Source: Pachysolen tannophilus NRRL Y-2460
Taxonomy: Eukaryota
Length of the DNA: 64,000 nucleotides
NCBI GenBank assembly: GCA_001661245.1
Contig: KV454016.1
Coordinates: 62,001-126,000, forward strand
Reading direction: 5' to 3'
In this document: piece after piece, positions 55,471-64,000 of the stretch
Numbering within the stretch: the stretch's first letter is position 1
Layout: the number at the start of each line of letters is the position of its first letter
The notes under the pieces: model-generated
What the model was told of the DNA's origin: nothing
Databases searched by the model: none
Seen by the model: only the letters and a program-made list of their open reading frames with translations
Made by a program: the position numbers and the translations under genes

Positions 55471-55712
55471 GCAAAAAAAAAAATCCAAATTTGTATTCTA
55501 GTGCACTACTGTGTTTTAAGCGTTTACTTAATAGAACACGAACGGAACTAGTAATAATATAAATACTACTATATAATCTATACAATTTAATTGAATAATA
55601 ATAAAAAAACATATTGAAAACAACAGCGGTTAGTGTTTGGGAAGCTTAGTTTTTAGTCTCTATGTTTGGAATGCAAATATCCAAGTTTCCAAGTATTTAA
55701 AATGCCTATAAT

Positions 55713-56942
55713 TTACTGTAAAAATAGTGTAATGATTCCTGTAAGTAAGATGCAGCTTGACCACGATTTCGAGAATCTTGATGAACCAGCACTAGAGTCA
55801 TCTGGAATCGCGGTAGAAAAAGAAGAAGATGTATGTGGTTTTGAAGACGTCAAGATTGAGCTATAGCTTGAACTAATGCTATAGCTAGAGCTAGAGCTTG
55901 AGCTTGAGTTTGAAGTTGAAGTTGAAGTCGGTACTGCAGATGATGTCACTGCAACAGTAACAGAAGTTTCTCCATCAACTAATTCAATAAACTCTTCAAT
56001 GGCTTCTTCTTCATTCCCATTAATGGTACCGCCTTTAGATTCTATTGAAGACCAACTCCCACTTTGATCGCTATAAGAATACTCTTCACCTGTGGAATAA
56101 TCTGCAATAATCATTTTTGAAACATACATTTGAAAAGGAACATCATCATAATCTGTTTCACCACCAGCCCATTCTATTGTACCAACACTATTACTTGGAT
56201 CTCCTCCTGCCCAAAGACTTACAAATATTGCCATAGGTGTTTGAGGATAACCTTCTGAATTATTTGCAAAAAGTGTTCTTATTAATACATCATCAACATA
56301 CCATTTTAAAGAATTTTCATTCCAATCAATAGTATAATTATGGAAACTTGTTCTTGGATCACTAATCATTGAATAATATTGTCCTCTATCATAAGTAGTA
56401 GTATTTCCTTTAGAGAAAAAATCTGTTTGTACTTGAGTACCATCACCACCTAACCATTCAATATCAATTTCATCTAAATCATCAGATTGTAAAAAAACAG
56501 ATGATACAATACCTGTACCATTAGAACTTTTAACTATTGCTTCAATTCTACCAAACATAATATAAAAATTCGATTTTATAGCAGGATCATCATACCTTTC
56601 TTCAATACTTAACTTTAAACCTTCATCTGTATAAAAAATCCTATCTGATTTCTCATATGAACCAAAATAATCAGATTCAGATGTGAAATCCAATGATATT
56701 GCAGTTGATAATGCTGCATCCGGTGAACAAGTGGTATATATAAGTGGATTGCATGCAGATGTCGACGACGAAGTCGACGATGCCGATATCGATTTCGTTG
56801 AAGCTGAAGTTGAACTTGAAGTTGAAGTATCCTCTAAATTCGTCAAAGAACTCATCGGAGACTCTGCAAGGCATGTTGCCAAGAAAAAATTACCAGCATA
56901 AAGTATAAAGCGAAACAAACCCAGTTTCGATAGTTGATTCAT
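55713..56942 (-). CDS. CRH1: GH16 chitin transglycosylase, GPI-anchored cell-wall protein (Crh family)
   Basis: Signal peptide, CNPL..C, catalytic DLDEIDIEW, FHNYTIDW, GTIEWAGG, Ser/Thr stalk, GPI signal. ATG at 56942. Confidence 0.88.
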   Translation of the reverse strand: MNQLSKLGLFRFILYAGNFFLATCLAESPMSSLTNLEDTSTSSSTSASTKSISASSTSSSTSACNPLIYTTCSPDAALSTAISLDFTSESDYFGSYEKSDRIFYTDEGLKLSIEERYDDPAIKSNFYIMFGRIEAIVKSSNGTGIVSSVFLQSDDLDEIDIEWLGGDGTQVQTDFFSKGNTTTYDRGQYYSMISDPRTSFHNYTIDWNENSLKWYVDDVLIRTLFANNSEGYPQTPMAIFVSLWAGGDPSNSVGTIEWAGGETDYDDVPFQMYVSKMIIADYSTGEEYSYSDQSGSWSSIESKGGTINGNEEEAIEEFIELVDGETSVTVAVTSSAVPTSTSTSNSSSSSSSSYSISSSYSSILTSSKPHTSSSFSTAIPDDSSAGSSRFSKSWSSCILLTGIITLFLQ

Positions 56943-57300
56943 ATTGATTTGACACAATAGTAATAGTTAATTATATACAGATCATGATTTACATGAGTTA
57001 CATGAGTTACATATATATATATATATACATTCCAATGGTTTAATGAATAACTTCTAAAAATACCAATATTTCACCAGCTTAGAGAAGATTATAGACAAAC
57101 CGGTAAAATCCCCATACCATATCGATACATACCTCATCTCTTGTCTTGTTAATTTTCAACCAACCCATTTTCCGTTATAGTGGAAAATTCTTTAGTACCG
57201 CTAAATAAAAAGATGCAAACGCGTGAAAAAAAATGAAAAATTACGTAAAATTTAACTAGACGAGTACTAAAGTCTAGTGTGGTACTAAAGTTGAATAGTA

Positions 57301-57325
57301 CTATATATAGTATTACTAAAAATAG
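57301..57325. promoter_or_regulatory. Two Rlm1-type MADS sites upstream of CRH1
   Basis: CTATATATAG (57301-10) and CTAAAAATAG (57316-25) both match CTA(W4)TAG; ACGCGT at 57219. Confidence 0.55.
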
Positions 57326-57326
57326 G

Positions 57327-58481
57327 TTAGAAATTCTTGAACAAAACATTTGATTCATCTGCTTTTCTTTCGTTAAAGTTTTTTTTAGGTTTTTTTTTTT
57401 GTTCTGTTGTTGATTTTTCGTTTAAGATTGATATGTTTAAATTTTTAACTCTTTGTAATTCTTCTTGGAAATTTTTTTCAAAATTTTCCTTTGATAAAGA
57501 TTCTTGTTGTTGATGATTTAATTGATTTGGAAATGGAGGAACACTCATTATTGCATCTGAATCAAAGATACATTTACTTTCCTTTCCCTGTCTAAACCTA
57601 TCAACCCAATAAATTGCAGTACCAACTTCATCATATTTAATTTCTCCAGTTTTTTTAATTTTTTTGTATTTACCAATTTTTTTAGCTATAGAAACTAAAA
57701 GTTTATCTATATCATTAGTCGGATGGGGCAAAAATTTTTTGTATGAATTTCCTGTGGGATCTTGCTTATTTAGCAAAAATAATAAATAGTCAGCAACAAT
57801 AACTGGATCAACTAAGTTGGGTTTAACTGTCCCAACTAGGGATAAAGTAAGCATTGTTTGTGAATCTTTAACTGTTGGTAAAAATACACCAGGAGTATCA
57901 TATAATAATATTTCCGGTTTGGAACAAATTCTAATGATCTCAGATGTTGCCCTTGTGATACCTGGTTGAAACCCAGTTCTTGCCACTTTAGTCTTAACCC
58001 CAGGTAATCCTATTCTTCTTAAAGTATTTACTAAAGTAGATTTACCTACATTAGGCATACCAATAACAATCATCCTTAAACCCAATGGAGGTGGCGGGTA
58101 CATTTCTTCATATTTAGACTTGCACAGATTGATAATCTTCTTCATATCAGACGATTTTTGAGTATCAATAACCATAAATTTTTCTCTATCTTCATGCCAT
58201 TTCCGTAATAATTTTAAATCAATTGAACTTAAATCTTTCTTGGAATATATTATGATCTTTTCCTTCCCTTGTAATGCCCTATCTAATAATAGATTCCGAG
58301 TGCTGATAGGTGCTCTTGCATCTCGCACTTCTAACACTAAATCAAGTTGAGGTGCTAATTGCGTAAGCTTCGTTAAAGCTTTAACATGATGACCTTTGAA
58401 ATCAGCTAATGGTATCCTAAAATCAGGAAAAGTTTGTCTCGCTATAAACGGTACTTTGGAAATATGAGCCAGTACTGACAT
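57327..58481 (-). CDS. MTG1: Mitochondrial ribosome-assembly GTPase
   Basis: DFKGHH, EVRDARAPISTRN, GMPNVGKSTLVN, PGITRA, DTPGV (circularly permuted GTPase). Confidence 0.92.
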   Translation of the reverse strand: MSVLAHISKVPFIARQTFPDFRIPLADFKGHHVKALTKLTQLAPQLDLVLEVRDARAPISTRNLLLDRALQGKEKIIIYSKKDLSSIDLKLLRKWHEDREKFMVIDTQKSSDMKKIINLCKSKYEEMYPPPPLGLRMIVIGMPNVGKSTLVNTLRRIGLPGVKTKVARTGFQPGITRATSEIIRICSKPEILLYDTPGVFLPTVKDSQTMLTLSLVGTVKPNLVDPVIVADYLLFLLNKQDPTGNSYKKFLPHPTNDIDKLLVSIAKKIGKYKKIKKTGEIKYDEVGTAIYWVDRFRQGKESKCIFDSDAIMSVPPFPNQLNHQQQESLSKENFEKNFQEELQRVKNLNISILNEKSTTEQKKKPKKNFNERKADESNVLFKNF

Positions 58482-58550
58482 CTCTCTCTTTCTCTCTATC
58501 TATCTCAAACTTCAATACAAATAACAATAAATTCTATACTTGATTTACTT

Positions 58551-58633
58551 CATCTCATCTCATCTAGATGAAGAAGATGATTATAATTTTTGTATTACAA
58601 AATAAAATAAAAAAAAAATTTTTGAAATTTTTC
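58551..58633. promoter_or_regulatory. PAC (CTCATC) and RRPE-like motifs in the MTG1/KTI12 divergent promoter
   Basis: catctcatctcatc followed by AAAATTTTTGAAATTTTTC. A similar pair lies upstream of the OBG GTPase gene near 45995-46018. Confidence 0.5.
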
Positions 58634-58718
58634 TACTTTTTTTTTCTTTTCTTTTTTTTCAAATATTTTCTACGGTATTAAAGATTATTTTAATTGAAGA
58701 AACTATTATAAGATCAAG

Positions 58719-59582
58719 ATGCCATTAGTGTTATTCACCGGGTTCCCTTCATCTGGGAAGTCTAGATGGGCTAATTTGTTAAAAGAGAAATTAAATGGGA
58801 AAATTGCGTCATTAAAACCAGGTGAAGCTGGCTCAAATATGAAGGTTATACTTCATTCTGATGAATCGTTAGGTATATCTCATGATGAATATAAAGATTC
58901 TAGAACAGAGAAATCTCTTAGGGGAACACAAATGTCTGCTGTGAAAAGAGATATTTCAAAAAACACTATAGTGATATTGGATTCGCCTGCTTATATTAAA
59001 GGTTTTAGATATCAGTTATTTTGTGAATCAAAAGCATTATCAACTTCCTACTGTGTTATTCATGTTATGGCTCCTTCTGAAAAATGTTTTGAATATAACT
59101 CTCAGAGACCTTTGTCGGAGCAATGGGATGAAGAATTGTTAAAACATATGATTATGAGGTATGAGGAACCAGATGGTAATAACAGGTGGGATTCTCCATT
59201 ATTTAATATTGCATATGATGATACAGAATTACCATTCACAGAGATATGGGGAAGTTTAATTCTTTCAAAAGTTCTTAAACCAAATAATGCTACTGTTTTG
59301 AAACCAGCAACAGAACTGAATTTCTTACAGAAACTAGAAAAAATTACATCAGAAGTCATCAATAAGATTATACAGCATCAACAATTACAATCCATTGGTG
59401 GTGATGTATTGATTGAAGAAGGATTATACGTAGAATTACCTCCCAAAAGTGTTAGTCTTGCACAGTTACAACGGATAAGAAGAACATACATTGGACTAAA
59501 CAGAATGAGGACTGTTGATAACGATAGGATAGGACCTTTATTTGTTCAATTTCTTAATAATTCTCTTGCTGAAGATGATTAG
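58719..59582 (+). CDS. KTI12: Elongator-associated P-loop protein Kti12
   Basis: MPLVLFTGFPSSGKS, YIKGFRYQLFCE, RYEEPDGNNRWDSPL, QLQRIRRTYI. Confidence 0.95.
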   Translation: MPLVLFTGFPSSGKSRWANLLKEKLNGKIASLKPGEAGSNMKVILHSDESLGISHDEYKDSRTEKSLRGTQMSAVKRDISKNTIVILDSPAYIKGFRYQLFCESKALSTSYCVIHVMAPSEKCFEYNSQRPLSEQWDEELLKHMIMRYEEPDGNNRWDSPLFNIAYDDTELPFTEIWGSLILSKVLKPNNATVLKPATELNFLQKLEKITSEVINKIIQHQQLQSIGGDVLIEEGLYVELPPKSVSLAQLQRIRRTYIGLNRMRTVDNDRIGPLFVQFLNNSLAEDD

Positions 59583-59694
59583 ATGATTACATATATATGT
59601 ATATTTTTAATAGAAAATTCCCCACTATAAATAATAATACTTTCTTCAAATACATATACAACAATTTCCTCTATTAATCTTACTATATACAAAT

Positions 59695-61740
59695 TTAATT
59701 ATCATGACGTTCAACTTCTTCAACCATTAACTTCAAATACGAATTAAACACATCGCTGAACTCATTGTACAACTTGATTTCTGGGTATATATCATTAATA
59801 AACCTCATGTATTCTTTCTTATCATTAGATTTGTATATATAACTAATGACAAAATCCCATGGTCTGTTATCTGGTTTTTCAAAAACATCAGTTACAATGT
59901 CTTTTGTAGAAATATCGTCTTGATAAACTTCTCGAAGAATCTTGTAAAAAACATCAAATTTTCTAGCATTACCATATATTGTTAATAATATTAATAAAGA
60001 TACTTTAGACTCATTATCTTTTAAAAATTGAAACTTTTTGAATTTCAACAATCTATATATTGTATCAATTTTTTTGGAATATTTTACAGAAGTTCCAAAT
60101 ATTGAAAATTTTTCGTTGAAATTGTTTAAATTATCCAATACATATCTCGGTCTTATGAATTCACTTGAATTAAAATTTGAACCTAATATTAATAAATATG
60201 GAACTATCTTTAAATCCCATTCAATCAATAGTTGGTCATCACTTAATTTCACAAAATCCAAAATTTCAGCAAATTTGTTAAATTTCAGTGAAGAAATTGA
60301 TTCAATATCATCTTCTTTAAAATTATCAAAGCTTGGACTTTCTATTAAGACTTTACAATAAGATATCAAGTCATTGGTGTCCGCTTTTAAATATCCTGTG
60401 GAAATTTTAGTTAATAAATTATCTCTTATTAAAACAATGTCAAATTTTTTAGGTAAAATCTTATGTAACAACAATAACATTTCATGTCTTAGTTTAAAAT
60501 GTTCATCAGTTGGTCCAGTAAGTGGGAAAAATAAATTGAAATTTTTGTAAAAATCACCTTCTTTAAGTAATGATTGTGCCTCTCCAACTGAAAGTTTCTT
60601 TAAATGATTTATATATGATGTAAGAACTAATGTAGAAAGATCATTTAAACCATGGAGATTGAACTTATAAATTTTGGCAATTTCTGATGCTTTTAAATAA
60701 TCACCTTTAGCGGATACTTCTTTCAAAATTTTTGTTAAATTTTCCAAATTTTCAATTTCTTTTCCATTTGAAATTAAATAATTAGATTCCGAGTTGATCT
60801 GCGGTAGTATTACCGTTGTTGCTGAAGAATAGTACCTTTTCCCATGGTTGGACAAGCTGGACAAGTTCGAAAAGCTCGAAAAATGGGAAAAATCGGATAA
60901 GCCAAATCGTGGTTGTAATCTTAAAGTATGATAATGTCTTATGCCACTAAATATATCATCATTCATAGAGCTTTCCCCTGCCTCTGCCTCGTACAAATGT
61001 TGATCCTCGGGACGACACCATAGCATCTCCAAGTTCAACTCTTTTCTTCTCCTTGGTGTCATAAAATGTATACTGATATCATCGATCTTAGCATCAACCA
61101 TTATCCATGAATTTGGTAAAACCCCATAATCGTTATTATGATAACTAGAGTTTTGTTTCAGTTTCTTTCTCAATTTTTTCTGTTTCTTAACCATCTTGTT
61201 ATTTTTAACAAATCCTTCAACATCAGGAATTTTTTGAAAATTCAAATCATGTTTAATAAAATTCATCAATTCTACAGTGGCTTTTTGTAAATGTTTCTCT
61301 GATTTCCCTGAACCAACAATCATAATTTTACTTAAATACCCATTCCCATTTTCAGCACCCCCAGTATCTTCTCTAAGATCAAATATCTTCAAATCATCTA
61401 TTCCTAATTTGTTATTGATCAATTCAACAATAGGTAGTAATGAATCAGGAGAATCTTTAGGTAATTCCGGCATTGGTTGAATATTTTTTTCAACCAAATA
61501 CGCAGAAGAAGATCTTGAAGATTCATCAGCTCGTAAGTACCAAGGAGAATCAGAATCAACCTCTATCTGTTCTTCATTCCCTCCATCATTAGCAACACCA
61601 TTTCCATCCGAATTACTATTAGTAGAGTATGAATTCAACTTAGACCATACTGGCAAAAACTTCACCACTCTGGTCCTCGATACACATACGCATCGCAATT
61701 CTTTAATACAACTTTTATTAAAAACTATTCTACTCAACAT
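59695..61740 (-). CDS. ATP25: Mitochondrial Atp25 (RsfS-like N domain plus mRNA-stabilisation domain)
   Basis: PWYLR, DLKIFDLR, MIVGSGKSEKHL, SWIMVD, IHFMTPRRRKELNLEMLW; C-terminal DNRPW. ATG at 61740. Confidence 0.85.
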   Translation of the reverse strand: MLSRIVFNKSCIKELRCVCVSRTRVVKFLPVWSKLNSYSTNSNSDGNGVANDGGNEEQIEVDSDSPWYLRADESSRSSSAYLVEKNIQPMPELPKDSPDSLLPIVELINNKLGIDDLKIFDLREDTGGAENGNGYLSKIMIVGSGKSEKHLQKATVELMNFIKHDLNFQKIPDVEGFVKNNKMVKKQKKLRKKLKQNSSYHNNDYGVLPNSWIMVDAKIDDISIHFMTPRRRKELNLEMLWCRPEDQHLYEAEAGESSMNDDIFSGIRHYHTLRLQPRFGLSDFSHFSSFSNLSSLSNHGKRYYSSATTVILPQINSESNYLISNGKEIENLENLTKILKEVSAKGDYLKASEIAKIYKFNLHGLNDLSTLVLTSYINHLKKLSVGEAQSLLKEGDFYKNFNLFFPLTGPTDEHFKLRHEMLLLLHKILPKKFDIVLIRDNLLTKISTGYLKADTNDLISYCKVLIESPSFDNFKEDDIESISSLKFNKFAEILDFVKLSDDQLLIEWDLKIVPYLLILGSNFNSSEFIRPRYVLDNLNNFNEKFSIFGTSVKYSKKIDTIYRLLKFKKFQFLKDNESKVSLLILLTIYGNARKFDVFYKILREVYQDDISTKDIVTDVFEKPDNRPWDFVISYIYKSNDKKEYMRFINDIYPEIKLYNEFSDVFNSYLKLMVEEVERHDN

Positions 61741-61959
61741 GATATTAAATCCAACTTTCCTTCTCTCTAATAGAAAGACCAATCAATATTCATCTAAACA
61801 ACCAAGAATTCAAAAAACCAAGAAAATTTGAAGGTCAACTTCAACTTCAACTACAATTACAACTACAATTAAATCTTAAATACCGGAAAAAATTTTCATG
61901 CACTACTATAAAATGTCAAGATGAACTTGACTTTGACCAAAAGTTGATATGTTGATTAT

Positions 61960-64000
61960 TCAACCTCTTTCCAAGATCTTGTCGATATCAAAGCTCTCGT
62001 ATTGGTCATTAGCATCACCTCTTACCCTTAGTTCGTCTCTGCCTGTTTTTGTTCCGGCTCCTTTGTTTTTTTGCAACTCAGCATCGTTCATGTACAGATT
62101 ATCAAAGATTCTTTGCATATTAGAAATCAACTCTGTGTCTAGGTTGTGGTAGTTGGAAGGGTTAGAAACTTCGATGTTGATTTTTGATTTGAAATTTTGG
62201 GCATATTCATCTATGATTTTGTCAACGACTTGTTGGTTTGTTAAGATTAATTTTTGTAATCTAGTAGGAACTTCTTGGTTATCACCAATTTCTAATTCAT
62301 TTATATCTTCCTGTGGTAATAATGTCAAGACAATTTTTTTCAAGACTTTGCTCAAGACATGTATTGAGGGAGAGGGATAAAATAAAAAATCGGATGAGAT
62401 TTTACTCAAGTTTCCAGAACTCAAATTTCTCTCATGATGCTTGTTTGGAAGAGGTAACGAATGATCATATTCATTTGCAGTTAAATAATTTGTTTCGATT
62501 TCTGTATCTTGACCTTTATCTTTATCGAGATCCATTGATTCGACAAATTTGTTCATGGTCTCTAGCATTTCTTCTGATGGTAAGATTTTGGAAAATTTTT
62601 CATTTGCATTTGCATTTGAATCATCAGACTTGATTAAACCTGTTAATCGATTATAGTTTGGAAATTTTTCATCTTCTCTGAATGGTAACCTAACTAAACT
62701 AAAAGCGTATATCTTATCTTCAGAATTCTCTTGCAGTTGTTGAGTGCTAAAGTTACGTTTTAAAGATTCTTTTAAATTATCTTCTTCGTCTTCTTCTTCT
62801 TTGACCATTTTTTGTAAATTTTTTGGAGATTGAGAACTTGTATGAGCCTTAACCTTAGCCTTATCAGTAGCCTTATCACTATTTACTAAAACCGGTATCA
62901 ACGCACCCATATTAACTTCAGAATCTTTCTTTAAAACATATCTAACTATAAAAATAGATTCCAAATTTATCAAAGATTGGCATAACGAATTAAATGCTAG
63001 CACATCGCGTACAGAAGCATTTGAATTATTTGAAGATAACGTCTGTGAACCTTTATTAACCACAAGAATGGATTCTCCGGTTAGATACCATGGAGGCAAG
63101 TCGGATATTCTGATAATTCCTCTAATATCAATTCCTGGGAATGTTCGAAACTTCAAAATTTTTTCCAAATTCTTTGTCAAGGGTATCGTTGATTTGCCAT
63201 ATTTGTAAGCCCTCATTATTTCTGACAAACGAACAAATTCAACGTCTTCTTCTTCTTCTTCATCTTCTTCCTCTTCTTCATCTTTCATAACCCGCGTTTG
63301 TTCTTTATCTTCTGTCTTTTCTCCATCTGGTTCTTCGCTTTGTGATTTCTTATGAATATAGTAATCAGTTATATATTTCAAAGAATGTAATTCTCCCAGT
63401 TTGGAAAGGTCTCTTTCATTAGGATAATAAGCATAATTCTTAGCACTCATGCCTTGCTCTTTTTTAATAAAAGGATACCCTTCAACGGCAATACAAATTG
63501 ATACAATATCTCTATACTGATCGTATTTGAAAGAATTATTTTTATCATCATCATCATCTTTTCCAAAACTATTCAAGAATTCAAAATTATTATTATCAAT
63601 TTCGTTTAAATCACAACCAATCCTCAACTCTCCATCAAACGTCTTTGTTGGTTTATAAATTCTCGGTACTGCATTTTTCAAAACTTCAATTTGCAGTATA
63701 GCTTCTCCACCTGTTATAATTGATGAATCATTATTGAAAAATTTAAATAAATTTTCCCAATTCTTTTCATTCAATTTTTTTAAAGAATTTAAATCATTAT
63801 CGTATAACCCATGATCAACAGAAACTAAATAAAGTTTTGCATTATTAAAAGATTTCAAAATTTCTGGAATTGCTAATTGATAATCTTGTAAAAAATTTAT
63901 CTTTGACTTATTGTTTGTTAAAATCATGAAATTTATCTTGGTAAATGCATTCTTGTTCAATTTCCTATCTTCAGTCATTGAAAATGCCACCAATAAACTC
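61960..64000 (-). CDS. YKU80: Ku80 DNA end-binding subunit (5' end outside the window)
   Basis: vWA-like N part, AYKYGKS, PGIDIRG, IVRYV..K, LVRLPFREDEK, FVESMDL. Frame is open to the window edge. Confidence 0.8.
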   Translation of the reverse strand, partial: SLLVAFSMTEDRKLNKNAFTKINFMILTNNKSKINFLQDYQLAIPEILKSFNNAKLYLVSVDHGLYDNDLNSLKKLNEKNWENLFKFFNNDSSIITGGEAILQIEVLKNAVPRIYKPTKTFDGELRIGCDLNEIDNNNFEFLNSFGKDDDDDKNNSFKYDQYRDIVSICIAVEGYPFIKKEQGMSAKNYAYYPNERDLSKLGELHSLKYITDYYIHKKSQSEEPDGEKTEDKEQTRVMKDEEEEEDEEEEEDVEFVRLSEIMRAYKYGKSTIPLTKNLEKILKFRTFPGIDIRGIIRISDLPPWYLTGESILVVNKGSQTLSSNNSNASVRDVLAFNSLCQSLINLESIFIVRYVLKKDSEVNMGALIPVLVNSDKATDKAKVKAHTSSQSPKNLQKMVKEEEDEEDNLKESLKRNFSTQQLQENSEDKIYAFSLVRLPFREDEKFPNYNRLTGLIKSDDSNANANEKFSKILPSEEMLETMNKFVESMDLDKDKGQDTEIETNYLTANEYDHSLPLPNKHHERNLSSGNLSKISSDFLFYPSPSIHVLSKVLKKIVLTLLPQEDINELEIGDNQEVPTRLQKLILTNQQVVDKIIDEYAQNFKSKINIEVSNPSNYHNLDTELISNMQRIFDNLYMNDAELQKNKGAGTKTGRDELRVRGDANDQYESFDIDKILERG

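Overview
AT-rich, gene-dense stretch of a budding-yeast (Saccharomycotina) chromosome with about 33 protein genes, nearly all conserved housekeeping genes (SFH5, two PQ-loop genes, CDC11, RFA3, TRP3, CYB2, ZRT3, MRPS5, GPC1, PHO8, an Npr/Hal kinase, LSO2/CCDC124, TOP2, MCD4, TFA2, a JEN carboxylate permease, MBA1, TIM50, PEX29, SNM1, HST3, CRH1, MTG1, KTI12, ATP25, YKU80). I found no transposon, CRISPR array, rRNA or convincing tRNA. Main points the ORF track misses: (1) CTG codons fall at positions where homologues have Ala, pointing to the CUG=Ala genetic code (Pachysolen-type, NCBI table 26), so the supplied translations are probably wrong at CTG; (2) an H/ACA snoRNA that guides 25S pseudouridine-2975 (snR42 orthologue) lies divergent from TFA2; (3) ZRT3 is split by a -1 frameshift at an A9 run (assembly error or recoding); (4) PHO8 has a hidden exon 1 and intron that give it a cleavable signal peptide; (5) two related telomere/Rap1-like TGGTGTA arrays lie 48 kb apart; (6) a GC-rich inverted-repeat island sits between TIM50 and an OBG GTPase gene. 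Gene names come from remembered motifs, not database searches. Nothing here is a proven new system; items 3, 5 and 6 are the best candidates.
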